The notes: generated by a model from the letters alone, not told the origin. Positions 11,668 to 25,192 are shown, counted from the stretch's first letter. The stretch is DNA of 64,000 nt from Octopus sinensis (GCF_006345805.1 NW_021836131.1:1-64000); one strand, 5' to 3'. Translations and numbers: made by a program.

Positions 11668-12360
11668 CTGAATTTCATTAATTTAATTAATCTCACTAAT
11701 AATTCCGTTTATGATTTTGATTAATTCTTTTTTGTTAACTATTTATAATTAGAAGAGAACAATAATTACATTTGCTTTTTATTTACTAGGTTTAGAATAA
11801 ACAATAAAAATATAACTATTGCATGTCTTAAAAATAATTTTTTTATATCGAAATATGAATTCTAAAAAGTTTTATTATTTAATTATTCGATGAATGTGAA
11901 GAATTCAGGCGGAGTTCAAGTATTATTTTTAACTATAAGAGCCTCTTCTTGGTTATTTTTTAAAAGATCTTTAAAAATACAAAATGTGTTTATATTAAAA
12001 CTTCTGTTTTTTATTCGAAAAGATGAAAAATACTAAAATAGTTTTTTTTTAGTTTGTAAGTTTATTAATGGTTGTTATTTACAGGGATAAATTGAAATTA
12101 ATTTTTATTAGTTTTTACAGAAATTGAGTCATTCAGTTTTAGTTATTCCCGGATTAGTTGGTAAATGTTTTCAATAAACAATTTTCACATAAAAACCAGA
12201 AAGGTTGTTTTATTTCATTCAAAACCTGGTTTTTTTAAACATTAAAAATATCTCTAGGAAAAAGATAGAAAAATAATTAAAATAAAGTAATAAGAGTTAA
12301 TCGTGACAAAAATAATAAATTTAAAAAATTAATATACAATGAGAAAAATTTGAGGAATTA

Positions 12361-12390
12361 GAAAAACGGGTGTTTTACGCCCACTGTCTA
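12361..12390 (-). mobile_element. Tc1 terminal inverted repeat remnant
   Basis: aaaacgggtgttttacgcccactgt matches the reverse complement of the TIR starting at 62706 (cagtgggcgcaaaaaaaatccgg). Confidence 0.55.
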
Positions 12391-12442
12391 ATAAACTTTT
12401 TTTAATTATTTGTCTCCAGGATTAATTCAATTTTTACAGAAA

Positions 12443-12513
12443 GCATCTGTGGTGTAATGGTATCATGTTCGCTTCCCATGCGAGCGAACCGGGTTCGATT
12501 CCCGGCAGATGCA
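12443..12513 (+). tRNA. tRNA-Gly(CCC)
   Basis: 71-nt cloverleaf; GCATCTG/CAGATGC acceptor stem, loop TTCCCAT, GTTCGA T-loop, T-run terminator. Confidence 0.97.
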
Positions 12514-13129
12514 TTTTTTGTATCGATAGAAATTCTTCATTTTTGTTAGTTTATTAGCAGAGCAGAAGGTCGAAATCGGAATAGGTTTTCATGTCAAGGC
12601 CGCATACCGGAAAAATTCTAATTACTCATTCTATTACTCTAAAGTTCATTCTGGCATTAAAGATGCGATTTAGGTTAGCAAAAGAGATCTTCAAAGTGTT
12701 TAAAGAGCAGGATTTACCACATAAGTATTTACTCGCAGGGTAGTTGAATTTCTATACAATTTCCATATATTTCCACGTCAATTTATGATTTTCAAAATTT
12801 TTCAACTGGGAAATTCATTGCCATTTTCATTCATTGGATTTTTGCTGTACACTGCGCTTTTAAATATTACAGTTTTGCCTGAGGTTTGGTTTGAAAATTT
12901 GTCAGCCTCGTAGCTGTGTTTATGGCAGTACTGTCGTTTGAAATTGTCTTCATCCCCTCAAGAATGGTGCTGGGAGGGCATATTTTACCAATTAAATAAA
13001 AATAAAAAACATACAAATATAATTTCCTTAACTTTTGTCTTGATTACCTTCAATCCAAATGAACTGGGACGAAATCTGCGTAAATACCGAACGAAAACTT
13101 TGTTCAAAGTCAGACAAATTTCAGCTGGC

Positions 13130-13500
13130 CTTATTATACGGGAGACTGGCTCAAAGCACTTCCTATCCCCAGAACAGGATTACTACTGGACGACGAATCC
13201 GTACGGATTGGTATCTGCTTACGCTTGGGCAAGACTGTCAGCAACCCGGGCTCGGCGAGTGCTAAGGCTAAAGAGGACGAAATACCGGCATATTTCTGAC
13301 GCTTTTAAGTTTTCTCTTTTTGCCTTCAGAAATCATCAGCAAAGCCGCGACTCAATTCCTGACTGATATTAATAAGAGAAACTCTCTGAAAAAAAGAGCG
13401 AAGGGAGACGAGCTAGATTTTCAGCGAATCTTAGTCGCCGTGCTTCGTGGAAACCGCCATTTAATATGCAGTTCGATGGCGATGGCGTTAGACTGACCCT
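13130..13500 (+). mobile_element. CRE-clade non-LTR element, internally deleted 3' fragment, copy 1
   Basis: GSKHFLSPIPRTGLLLDDESVRIGICLRLG ... FQRILVAVLRGNRH. Confidence 0.8.
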
Positions 13501-13682
13501 TTAAGACACTTATATTAGCTAGCATCTAACTTTGTTCTTTATTTTGATTAGAACTCGTGAATAAGACGGTTTTTTTCTATAAATATGTTTGATTTTATTT
13601 TCTTTGAATAAATGATCTATAAATTAGTTTTCCAATTTGAACCCGTTTTTATTTTGTAAAATTTGGCAATATCCAATTTGAC

Positions 13683-14556
13683 AAAACCAATTCTCCTTCC
13701 GGAATTCTTTTCTTGCATCATGGAGTCGAAGTTTCTTCTCAACAATCTTTATTTCGTCTCCAATGCAAGCAGAAATTCTTTTAAGTTCTCCTTTCTTTGC
13801 CTTTCGATATCCATATTCACTCAGCGTATCCCTCGCTGTATTATCAAACTTCAAGCTTCCTTTTTGATAAATAAGTGTATTAGTCTGTTCGTATTGTTCT
13901 TTAAGTTTAATTAGTTTTGCTTCCATAATTCCTTTCCAGTTGTTATTCTTAGGAGAGTATTTGTAAGAGCTTAATATGTCAGCTGTGAAGCATAAACGAT
14001 ATCGGTGATATCATTCAAATTGGCAGGAGGGTTGGTCTTTATATATTCATTAACCACTCCATTTATTCCAGACAATATTTCTTTTTTAAGTAGTTGATAT
14101 GAGGCTTTTTTGGTCGGCTTTCTTTTTTTCCGAGAGATAGATTTTACTTGCTCTATTTGGGAAAAAAATTCAATTGAACAATCTCTAAAATTAGAGATTT
14201 CAGTCTTGTGATTCTTTTCTTGATCCATTGGAGAGTTAGACTTTGTTCCCGTCATCTTAGCCAGACTCTTCACATTCGCCACAGATTTGGACGTGAGGAA
14301 CTTTTCGTTAAAAGCCTGAGTAATCAGTCGCCATCCACCACGTGGTATTTTTTTGAATCTTGCTCAAGAAACGTTAACCACTTCCTTCGCCCATTTGATC
14401 ATGTCCACCTGCGTTACTTGATCGATGATAACACGTAGAGTTAACAGATTAGCAGAACAATCAGGTTGCGACACCGAATTTGGAGGGAGAATATCAGATT
14501 CTTACGTTCCAAGCTGCCCACGGACCACACGATCTACGTTATTAATGGAAAAAAGT
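13683..14556 (-). mobile_element. R4/Dong-like element 5' part, copy 2 (cut at the duplication junction)
   Basis: Near-identical to 4328-5200. Confidence 0.8.
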
Positions 14557-14574
14557 ATTTAAGTCTATATAAAA

Positions 14575-14647
14575 GCCCGGTTAGCTCAGTCGGTAGAGCA
14601 TGGGACTCTTAATCCCAGGGTCACGGGTTCGAGCCCCGTATCGGGTG
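14575..14647 (+). tRNA. tRNA-Lys(CTT), copy 2
   Basis: Identical to 5219-5291. Confidence 0.97.
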
Positions 14648-14698
14648 GTTTTTGCATTTAATTTTTTTGATTTCAGTAAGATATCAATAAAATAATTT

Positions 14699-15140
14699 TT
14701 ACTCTTTCAAAAAAATCAATTCAATTACAATTTTTTTTTTCGTCAGTGATTCTCTTCTTCGCTTGGAAGAAGAGTTTGCAACAAAATTCTCATCATTTTC
14801 CATTTTTGCGTCAAAGTAATTGTTCAACTGAGTTTCCTCACGACATGCCAGCTCCGCAAGTTGATTGGCGGCAGAGGCGTACTCCTCGTTGTCTACCTTC
14901 ATCCCATGTCTGTGTTCAATAAGCATACTCTCTAGAGTCCTCTTCAGCACAGTCGACTGGATGTATGTCCTCGTTCCTTCTTCAATGGATAACTTGTCCA
15001 TATGACTTTTAAAGAACTTTGAGACAACTCCATCCCATGTCAAGACAATTTGAATAATCTTCACTTTTGCTTCATAGAGAACCGACAGTTCGTTTGCAAA
15101 CAGGTCATATTTGTGAAATTTCTCCAATTCAATTACAATA
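14699..15140 (-). mobile_element. R4/Dong-like 3' fragment, copy 2
   Basis: ORF 14699-15127, same as copy 1. Confidence 0.8.
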
Positions 15141-15446
15141 GAAAGGGAGTAAATTATTTGCCAGTAGCACCGCAGTGTGCGTTGCCGCGAACAATGGACA
15201 GTCCAATGCGCTGCCGGAACTAGTAATTCACTCTCGGATCCTTAAGCATGCCTCCATTTGACAACCCGATTTCGTTAGAGAACAAATGAGTGTCCTCTCC
15301 AGCGGCTCCAGCGGTACAACACAGTAGCGGATTTAACAACACAATACAAGAATTTGAATCAATTGTTATTTTAGCTATACATTTAGTATTTAATTAGCAG
15401 CAGAGGCGTGGGAATTGCCATTCCATACAAGAATTGAATATTTATT

Positions 15447-17113
15447 TTAATTCAATGAATTATCTTGATTAAAAAAACTAGTAAGAAATTTGATGGACGC
15501 ACGATATATTTCATTATTCTTAGACATCTGCAAATTCTCGATAAAATCCAAAGTCCCACTCGTCTCAATTAATTCTATAAATTCGTCAATATCCACCGCA
15601 TTTTCCTCTGCTGCCTAAACATTTATACAAATCCCAATAACTTTAAAAATCGAAAAGATTGAATTAAGAGATATTAAAACAATCTCTGGCACAGATTCAG
15701 GTTTTTTTAACAATTCAAAAATTGCAGTTACAATTTCCACTGATAAAAATCTGACAACCTGAGATCCAACGGCACCTTTTAAAAAATTTTGAACAAACCA
15801 CAAAGCTTCTCGTTGAATTTTGACATTTTTCTAAAATTTGTCCAGAAATACAAACCAACATCATAAAGAAAATCAATCATCGATAAATGACAATTTTTTT
15901 GAAGAAGTCGCCATTTCTGACTAACATTTCCAGCGGCGACATTCGATAAGATCCAAACGACCTCCGCTTTCAATGATTTGTCAACTTCGGGAAGTAAATT
16001 CATAAAGACAGACAGTCCTCCTTCGTCGATCACCATTTGAGTGTCAGAATCTGATCCCATAACAATATTTCCAATAGTTCTTAGAGCAGAGTAAAAATTG
16101 TCACAATTTACTCCACTTTCCATTACTGACAACAAACTTTGTATCAATTCTTGATATTACTCATTGTTAAATACCAGGAGTAAACATCCCGAGTTTATTT
16201 TCAAATGAATTGGATGCAAAGGTTAGTGCCCAGGAAGCATTTGAACGAATTTCTGGATTTTTGTTGTAAAAAAATTTCTCGGCATATGGGAAAAGTTGTT
16301 TTGCCGTTTTTTCATTCAAAGGCGATATGGAAGATCGATAAATGTTGGAAATAGTCCAGGAAATCATCTCCGACAACAAAATCTTTAAATTTGATAAAAA
16401 TAAAAAAAACTGAGTCAAATTTCCCAATTAAAAAATCAATGCTTCAGCTACTCCACAGTGAATGCAATAATCTCTGACAATGTCCCCATCACCTTAATAA
16501 AAATAAATTGTATGTTAAAAACCCATTATATTTGAAAGAATCCACACATATTGTGCAAGGACATCCACATTTTCAACTTTAGAGATGCGTTCAACAATCA
16601 CAGGGACAACACCACAGTCCACGACTGCTTTAGTCGATTCATGATCCCCTGAAGTTATGTTCGTCAGTGCCCAAGACGCTTCAAGTTGTATTTTATAATC
16701 ACTAATATTAAAATCGTAAAAAAACGATTCGGAACAAGTCAAACATTCAATAAGAAATGGAATTGTTTCTGATTTGATTATTTCAGATACTGTGGCTGTT
16801 TCGTCGTCAACCAATTTTTGACGGATTTTTGTTACTAATTCCAGACGAGGAGCATTTGTGGAAAGTTGGGGTAAATTTCCGATAAATTGAATCTACAAAA
16901 TATTACATTTATTAGTTAACTTCATCTATGTCGCAATCACTTTTAGTTTCCTGAATGTTTCTTCGTTTAGCCAATAATTCTATTTTTTTAATTTTTCTAA
17001 GTTCCACAGAAGCTTCGGCTCTTCTCCGACGTAGTATCTTTATAGATTTTATTAAAATATACATCTCCTGTTTTGCCCATATTTTTATAGTTTGAAATTC
17101 GGTTTCCAGACAT
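15447..17113 (-). CDS. Importin subunit alpha, copy 2
   Basis: Same exon structure as copy 1, with a few synonymous substitutions. Confidence 0.95.
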
Positions 17114-18066
17114 GAAAAAATCACAAGAAAACAAGAATTTATTGAAATGCGCTATAAATATATTTAAATATTATTTAACAATTTCATATTTCACTATTCA
17201 TTAATTATAATTAAATTATTATTTCTAGAGTTTTCATAAAATATCAGTCATGACCAACAAATCTCTGGAAGTCGTTGGAAGAATCAGGGAACTGATTTCC
17301 AAAGGACAGCAAGAACCGCGGACGAAGCAATGGCTGTTCCATTGCGATTCTGAGGGGCAACTTATAAATATCAGTGACATTAAATTTATGATTATTACAA
17401 CACTTTTATTTATTAATTTTGCAAAAATAATAATAATTTTAAATTACTCCAAGTCAACTTTACTTAAATATTTAAGTGAAAGTATTTTTTTCAATTTGTT
17501 TATTGAATGAAATATTTAAAATCTTCTATCTGATAACAAAATTAGCTAAAATCTAAAGAGGACTCTGTGAGTATCTCGTTTTGTGCTTTCGGATTCACTT
17601 TTTCCTGACATTTAGTCAGTAGAGACATCCGACTGCATTTTCCCGATTGTCTACACAACAGAGAAGAGGAAGAAGAAAGGAAGAAGAAGTGTGAAGTGCC
17701 GCTGCTTGTATACACTGTGAACTTAGTGCTTAGTTAGATGATCAAGCAGTTAGTTAGTTTTTTCATTCGAAGAAACTGTTTCGAATTTAAATATCCGAAA
17801 AATCTAGAACATTATAATTTTGAGAAAACTTTAATTTTTGTCAAATTTGGTCAGGGAGAGCGTATAGATTCTCCTTGGAGATCCAGATATCAAAAAACAA
17901 TAAAATATTAAAAAAGCAATTGTAAAAAGAAAGAAATATTGTCACTTTGATTAATTAAAATTACCAGTTATAATAAATTATTCGCGAATTATTGTATTCT
18001 CTAGATGCCAGATAGATTGTTTAAAAATAAAAACAAATTTCCACATGAGGTTTATAATGTATTATA

Positions 18067-18510
18067 ATGTATATTTTGATGGATGATGAAGAAATTGTCA
18101 CTACCACAAATATAGATTTGGATAATTCATACTCTTTTCCTCAATATGTTAATCAGCATAATAATTGTTTTTCTAATATTTCGATTAATAATCAACTATT
18201 TGATTCTGATGCTACTAAATTATACCCCTGGATGAATCAAAAAAACAACAGTTTGTAATTTTTTGTAATTTTAGCGAATTCTTTAACATCACGCAAATGT
18301 CATACAAATGCTCAATTACTTGAAATGGAAAAGGAATTTTCCACAAATAAATACCCATCAAAAGATAAATTAGCTGAACTAGCCAAGAAAACAACGTTAA
18401 CGGATAAACAGGTTAAAGTATGGTTTCAAAACCGACGAATGAAACATAAAAAATCTACGGATAAATATGAACGTGATCAAAAAGAATTCAATGACTTTTA
18501 TAACTATTAA
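18067..18510 (+). CDS. Hox/ParaHox-like homeobox protein, copy 2 (intron 18251-18274)
   Basis: Protein identical to copy 1. Confidence 0.9.
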
Positions 18511-19378
18511 TTTCTAATTTGATTTATAAATTGGTTATCAAACTTGAAAATCATTTGCCATCGTCGGAGACGGTTGTCAAAATTCCCTGTTCTCTGGCCG
18601 CTGCTCGAAAAATAAAATTGCACCTTTCTCCCTAACATTGTTAAATTTGTTCTATTTCTGTTCCAGGCAAGTAATGTCAAAGGTTTTTTTGAAAAAATTA
18701 GAAGAATGATTTCAATCGCATTCTGGAGAGAAAAGAGACGCCATGACTGTTCCAGAGGATCTCATTGGGACTGTCTCCAGAGGAACTGTCTCGCAGTATG
18801 ACCGATTCTCCATCACTGTGATGAATCAATAAAATTTATAAATGTTTAATTTCTTAAAAATCGGCATTAAAATTTTTACCTAGTTTTGAAATTATTTTGT
18901 TCCATAAAAAGTCGAAAATATTAATTTTTTTCAATTTTGGAAGTTAAAAATAAGCACCATTACAATTAAAAAAATTAATTTATCAATCATAAATGTCTTA
19001 AATATGCTTTTCTTTTGGTTTGATTTATTAGTTTCATTGTTTATACGATTTAAATGGCATTGAAGATTGATTATTTTTCAATAATCTTTAACTAAAACTG
19101 TTACGAGAATCTTTTAAAGCGACCCCATTAAAAACGAGTGAAAATTCTCTTATAAGATCTTTGGATAAACATTTTTTTACAAATAGTCTAATTTTATTTT
19201 ATAAATTAGTTTTCTTGATGAAAATTTAGAAATCGTTGAAAAATATAAACTTACACGGGATTATCCATTCTATTTAGAAAATATAAATGTAATTGATTTT
19301 AAAAGTGTATCGCAATTTTATCATTAAAAGCTGTTGCACAAAAATGTAATAATTAGATAACAATATAAATCCAAAAAA

Positions 19379-19630
19379 TCATTTTACTGAAAATAAAATT
19401 ATTTTGAAATTATCACATTCGAGAAAAACTGTTTTGTGTTCGTCTAGGGTGAGATCTGATGAATAATCCATTCCGAATAATATATTCCAGTGATTTCCAA
19501 ATTTATATTCGAATTTCTCTTTAATCAAGCAAGCAACTTTTAAAATATCACCGTATTTTTGATAGTATTTGTTACAGCAATAAACGGCATATTCTTGGTA
19601 GTTTAAAAGTGTGTCTGTAGACTCTAACAT
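19379..19630 (-). CDS. Divergent dynein light chain, copy 2
   Basis: As copy 1 with one F>Y change (KFEYKFG). Confidence 0.8.
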   Translation of the reverse strand: MLESTDTLLNYQEYAVYCCNKYYQKYGDILKVACLIKEKFEYKFGNHWNILFGMDYSSDLTLDEHKTVFLECDNFKIILFSVK

Positions 19631-19906
19631 TGAACGGAAAAATTATTTTAAAAAATTTAATGATATGAGACAAAAATTTTATAACAAAATTTATATGAAA
19701 AAAATAATAAATTTCAAAAAATCAAGTAATCCTTATGTTCACTTATTTTATAAATCCCGTTTTATTTTTGTGTGATGTCATTAAACAGACTGGTGCTAAA
19801 ATAACTCCAAAATTACTTAAGTTAGGTTTAGATAAGTTTTCTATGCTTATATGCACTCAAATGTGTTTAATTCAATAATGTTAAATTATAATCAAACTCT
19901 AAAAAA

Positions 19907-19977
19907 TCCCATTTGCCAGGAATCAAGACGGTTCGATCGCATGGGAAGCAAACATGATACCATCACACCACAGATGC
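19907..19977 (-). pseudogene. tRNA-Gly(CCC) pseudogene, copy 2
   Basis: Identical to 10563-10633. Confidence 0.85.
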
Positions 19978-20481
19978 TATTTCGGAGCTCACAATATCGA
20001 TTCGGAAATGTCATCTTTAGAATATTTGTTAAATTATTATTTGATTTAATTGATTATCCGATGTGTTTGATTTAATTGATTGTTTGATCTTTATACTACG
20101 GATGAATCCCACTGTTCCAGTAATGACATCATGGAAACATACTCTTAATTTTCTGAGTTTATCGAGGAGAGCCACGGACGATTACTATTAGCTTGTTCAA
20201 ATTTTTATAATTTGAATTCGATAAAAATAATATTCCTTTTTTACTCCTACCAGTTTTCAATTTTAACCGTTTTTTATTTTTCAGAAGCAGTATCAGATAG
20301 TATCAAATAGAAAATGCTCAATAAATTGGGCAACCGTGTAGATAGTGATTGCATTATTAAAAAATTTTTAATTAAATTAAATTTTTTAATGAAATTATCG
20401 ATTTTTTAAATAATAATAAAATTTTTTTGAATAAATCAACATTAAAATAATTAGGTCATCTTTTGTGATTCTAAAATCTAG

Positions 20482-21009
20482 ATGTTAATAACTATTTTCA
20501 TTTTTATTTTGTCTAATGTGATATGTGGGTCAGTATCATTTAAAGAATGTCAAGAATCATCATTCATAACAAGCATTGATGTTACAAATTGTAACATGAA
20601 CTCATGTTATGTATTCGGAGAAGAGGATTTTGAAATGATAATAAATCTTACCATACGTATAGAAACGATTTTATTTTTAGCAAGATTACTCAGAAATTTC
20701 ACAGTGGATGGATTTATGCAAGGGGATAAATTACATTTCCCAATTTTTCAAAGAAAAGACGCATGTTATTATATCTCAGGGCAGTGTCCACCTTTAGAAA
20801 ACAATCAAATCAGCTTTAAGTATAAAAATAAACTTCCCAGTTTATATTTTATTGTATTTATATATATTCATCATATAGCCAATGACTCTTAACGTGTTTA
20901 TTGGTTTTTTTGAAGGCAAAAAAAGGATTTCCTGCGTAGAATTTTCTGTACAGTCTCGCACGCGTGAAAAAATTTTGAAAGAAAAATTAATGTAAAAAAT
21001 TCGATTTGA
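20482..21009 (+). CDS. NPC2-like ML-domain protein, copy 2
   Basis: As copy 1 with a D>E change. Confidence 0.8.
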
Positions 21010-21784
21010 CTGAATTTAATTAATTTAATTAATCTCACTAATAATTCCGTTTATGATTTTGATTAATTCTTTTTTGTTAACTATTTATAATTAGAAGAGA
21101 ACAATAATTACATTTGCTTTTTATTTACTAGGTTTAGAATAAACAATAAAAATATAACTATTGCATGTCTTAAAAATAATTTTTTTATATCGAAATATGA
21201 ATTCTAAAAAGTTTTATTATTTAATTATTCGATGAATGTGAAGAATTCAGGCGGAGTTCAAGTATTTATTTTTTAACTATAAGAGCCTCTTCTTGGTTAT
21301 TTTTTAAAAGATCTTTAAAAATACAAAATGTGTTTATATTAAAACTTCTGTTTTTTATTCGAAAAGATGAAAAATACTAAAATAGTTTTTTTTTAGTTTG
21401 TAAGTTTATTAATGGTTGTTATTTACAGGGATAAATTGAAATTAATTTTTATTAGTTTTTTACAGAAATTGAGTCATTCAGTTTTAGTTATTCCCGGATT
21501 AGTTGGTAATGTTTTCAATAAACAATTTTCACATAAAAACCAGAAAGGTTGTTTTATTTCATTCAAAACCTGGTTTTTTTAAACATTAAAAATATCTCTA
21601 GGAAAAAGATAGAAAATAATTAAAATAAAGTAATAAGAGTTAATCGTGACAAAAATAATAAATTTAAAAAATTAATATACAATGAGAAAAATTTGAGGAA
21701 TTAGAAAACGGGTGTTTTACGCCCACTGTCTAATAAACTTTTTTTAATTATTTGTCTCCAGGATTAATTCAATTTTTACAGAAA

Positions 21785-21855
21785 GCATCTGTGGTGTAAT
21801 GGTATCATGTTCGCTTCCCATGCGAGCGAACCGGGTTCGATTCCCGGCAGATGCA
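21785..21855 (+). tRNA. tRNA-Gly(CCC), copy 2
   Basis: Identical to 12443-12513. Confidence 0.97.
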
Positions 21856-22472
21856 TTTTTTTGTATCGATAGAAATTCTTCATTTTTGTTAGTTTATTAG
21901 CAGAGCAGAAGGTCGAAATCGGAATAGGTTTTCATGTCAAGGCCGCATACCGGAAAAATTCTAATTACTCATTCTATTACTCTAAAGTTCATTCTGGCAT
22001 TAAAGATGCGATTTAGGTTAGCAAAAGAGATCTTCAAAGTGTTTAAAGAGCAGGATTTACCACATAAGTATTTACTCGCAGGGTAGTTGAATTTCTATAC
22101 AATTTCCATATATTTCCACGTCAATTTATGATTTTCAAAATTTTTCAACTGGGAAATTCATTGCCATTTTCATTCATTGGATTTTTGCTGTACACTGCGC
22201 TTTTAAATATTACAGTTTTGCCTGAGGTTTGGTTTGAAAATTTGTCAGCCTCGTAGCTGTGTTTATGGCAGTACTGTCGTTTGAAATTGTCTTCATCCCC
22301 TCAAGAATGGTGCTGGGAGGGCATATTTTACCAATTAAATAAAAATAAAAAACATACAAATATAATTTCCTTAACTTTTGTCTTGATTACCTTCAATCCA
22401 AATGAACTGGGACGAAATCTGCGTAAATACCGAACGAAAACTTTGTTCAAAGTCAGACAAATTTCAGCTGGC

Positions 22473-22840
22473 CTTATTATACGGGAGACTGGCTCAAAGC
22501 ACTTCCTATCCCCAGAACAGGATTACTACTGGACGACGAATCCGTACGGATTGGTATCTGCTTACGCTTGGGCAAGACTGTCAGCAACCCGGGCTCGGCG
22601 AGTGCTAAGGCTAAAGAGGACGAAATACCGGCATATTTCTGACGCTTTTAAGTTTTCTCTTTTTGCCTTCAGAAATCATCAGCAAAGCCGCGACTCAATT
22701 CCTGACTGATATTAATAAGAGAAACTCTCTGAAAAAAAGAGCGAAGGGAGACGAGCTAGATTTTCAGCGAATCTTAGTCGCCGTGCTCCGTGGAAACCGC
22801 CATTTAATATGCAGTTCGATGGCGATGGCGTTAGACTGAC
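22473..22840 (+). mobile_element. CRE-clade 3' fragment, copy 2
   Basis: Near-identical to 13130-13500. Confidence 0.8.
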
Positions 22841-23269
22841 CCTTTAAGACACTTATATTAGCTAGCATCTAACTTTGTTCTTTATTTTGATTAGAACTCG
22901 TGAATGGGACGGTTTTTTTCTATAAATATGTTTGATTTTATTTTCTTTGAATAATTGATCTATAAATTAGTTTTCGAATTTGAACCCGTTATCATTTGGT
23001 AAAATTTGGTAATATCGAATTTGACAAAATTTTTTTGAATTTATTTCTAACTTTTTAAACCAAATTTTCAGTATTGTCAAAAGCAATTTCATTTTTTAAC
23101 ATCTTGCAGATTACAAATTTTCCGTACGTGTCAAAAATTGTCAATATTTAATTATATCTATCGTCAAAATCGTTGTATATTTTAACATCCATAAAATCCG
23201 CCTGGAATCTTTAATTTGGACTTCGTAGAGTTAATTAGAATTGGATACCTAAGTATATTTACTTTACTC

Positions 23270-23970
23270 ACAGAGGAGATCGTTATCGTGGAAGTGGGCA
23301 TCAAGTGCCTAGACCAGCGGTTCTCAAATGCGGCCCCCGGGGGCCGCATGTGGCCCCCAGGATTTTTTTGCGGCCCCTCTAGAGTAACTAACTTTTTTAA
23401 TTTTTTAATAATGTTTAAATTTAATTATTCATTCTTAAGGTTAAACATATCCATAATTGGTGATTTCATTAATCAATTTGAAGCACGTTTTTGGGTACAT
23501 TATAAATTTAATTTTTAGAATTTTAAAGAATTCCTTCCTTTAATGAAAATATTCGCAACTCCATTCAGCGTGGAAATTAAGGATGCGCCTGCAAGTTTCA
23601 ACTAGAACTCATTAATTTACAACATGATATAGAACTGGCGGCATTGTTCAAAAATGCGTCCATTATTAATTTTTACGAATTAATTCCTCAGACAAATTCA
23701 AAAATATAACACACAAATGCATATATGAATCTACATATTTATGCGAATCAATATTTAGTAAAATGGAAAATATAAAATATATAAAATATTTTTTATGCGG
23801 CCCGCGAAGCTATCTTAATTATCGATTTGGCCTTTGAGCTAAAAAGGTTGAGAACCCCTGGCCTAGACCATTTGCAGACAGTGGAAGTGGAGAAAAGAAG
23901 GAAGTATAACTTCCTTGCAAACGAGCTAGGACTGATGCACCAGTGCAAAGTCCATGTCATCCCGTGTGTG
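23270..23970 (+). mobile_element. R4/Dong-like C-terminal fragment interrupted by a hAT element
   Basis: Removing 23315-23860 and one TSD restores EIVIVEVGIKCLDHLQTVEVEKRRKYNFLANELGLMHQCKVHVIP. Confidence 0.8.
23315..23860 (+). mobile_element. Non-autonomous hAT (Charlie/SPIN-like) element
   Basis: TIRs CAGCGGTTCTCAA / TTGAGAACCCCTG; exact 8-bp TSD GCCTAGAC (23307-23314, 23861-23868); internal transposase remnant IFATPFSVEIKDAPA. Confidence 0.92.
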
Positions 23971-24989
23971 TGATGAGGTCAAAAGTGCCAAAGAAAAGGA
24001 GAAAGAAGGGGAGGAGGTGCGTGGAGTGCTATCCTCTGCTCACTTCGAAGGCTCTGGACTTAGTTAAAAAAATTACTTAGTTAATTAGTTTCTTTTTATA
24101 AATAAAAAAGCTTTTAGTGGTTTTACAAATTTTGCAGTTTTTATAATTTATTGAATAGTTGAGCGTTTTACAGTGAAATAGAATTCACTACACTTTTCAT
24201 GTAACTTTATGAACCCATTATAGATTGATTCGATTCATTTTTGTGATTTGGGTGTAGTTGTTACTGTTTATTAGAGAACTGCATTTACGAGATTTAGATG
24301 TTCACTTCATTTTTCACGTTATCTAAAAGTTGAGACAAATGAAATAGTTTCTTTTGGGAGAAACTATTTTTAATTAAAATGACGCTAAGCCCTTGATTAT
24401 AATGAATTATTTTCGTTTTTAATTTAATTCATAATTTGAAGATCATTTGTTAAGAAAAAATACTTAATTATTCTATTTTATAGTCCATTTTAATTAATTT
24501 GTAAAACAGCTGATCTCACAATTTACTAAAAACAAATAATCTTGACAAATGGAAAATATTCTAACTGATAAAACTTTCTAACACTAAAAAAACATTTAGA
24601 AAGTTAGATTTATTATTATTCATTTGGGATTATTAGAATTATCCCTTGCTGATTTTAATTACATGTAATTAACATTTTTTCTACAATTAATTTTAAGTCC
24701 AAGGAAGATGAGTGTTGTCAAAATAAACAGATCCGGAAATCAAAGAATAGGGATCCACATAAAACAAATTGAGAAATCAATAAAAGATCGGAAATGGATA
24801 ATTAATTTACTAAGGAGAGAACTTTAGCTGATTTGTGGATGCAGAAGAATCGAATGAATTAGATGGATTCAAGCGATCACTAATTTAAAAAATTTATATG
24901 ATGTCCTGTAATCCACCTTTTTAGAAGATCTAAAACACTTACTTTACTGACTTCTAGAGTATTTTCCGATGAATGTTTTTTAGAGGCCA

Positions 24990-25192
24990 CGGAATTAATG
25001 TTCCGTCCGATTGTGGTCGAGACAACTGGAGGAATAAGTGGGAAATCGCTTCGCTTCCTAAAGAAGCTTGGACGCTTAGCCACATTAAAAAGCCACGACA
25101 CACATGAGACCCGGAGGCTTCTCCAGTTGATCTCCGTTGCTATCGTGAGAGGCAACGCAACATCAATAATGTTGGCGGGATGGCTTTGTTAA
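24990..25192 (+). mobile_element. CRE-clade 3' fragment
   Basis: FRPIVVETTGGISGKSLRFLKKLGR..HETRRLLQLISVAIVRGNATSI. Confidence 0.8.

Larger units (their letters stand above)
4328..23029 (+). repeat. Direct tandem duplication, unit ~9.35 kb (copy 1 ~4328-13686, copy 2 ~13683-23029)
   Basis: Near-identical genes and tRNAs at offsets of 9342-9358 nt. The junction ttgaCAAAAccaatt shares an A-run with both parental flanks. Confidence 0.95.

Noticed and set aside
12938-13366. 142-aa ORF (and its twin 22281-22709) as a novel duplicated protein
   Set aside because: It is largely an off-frame reading of a CRE retroelement remnant and starts at TTG.
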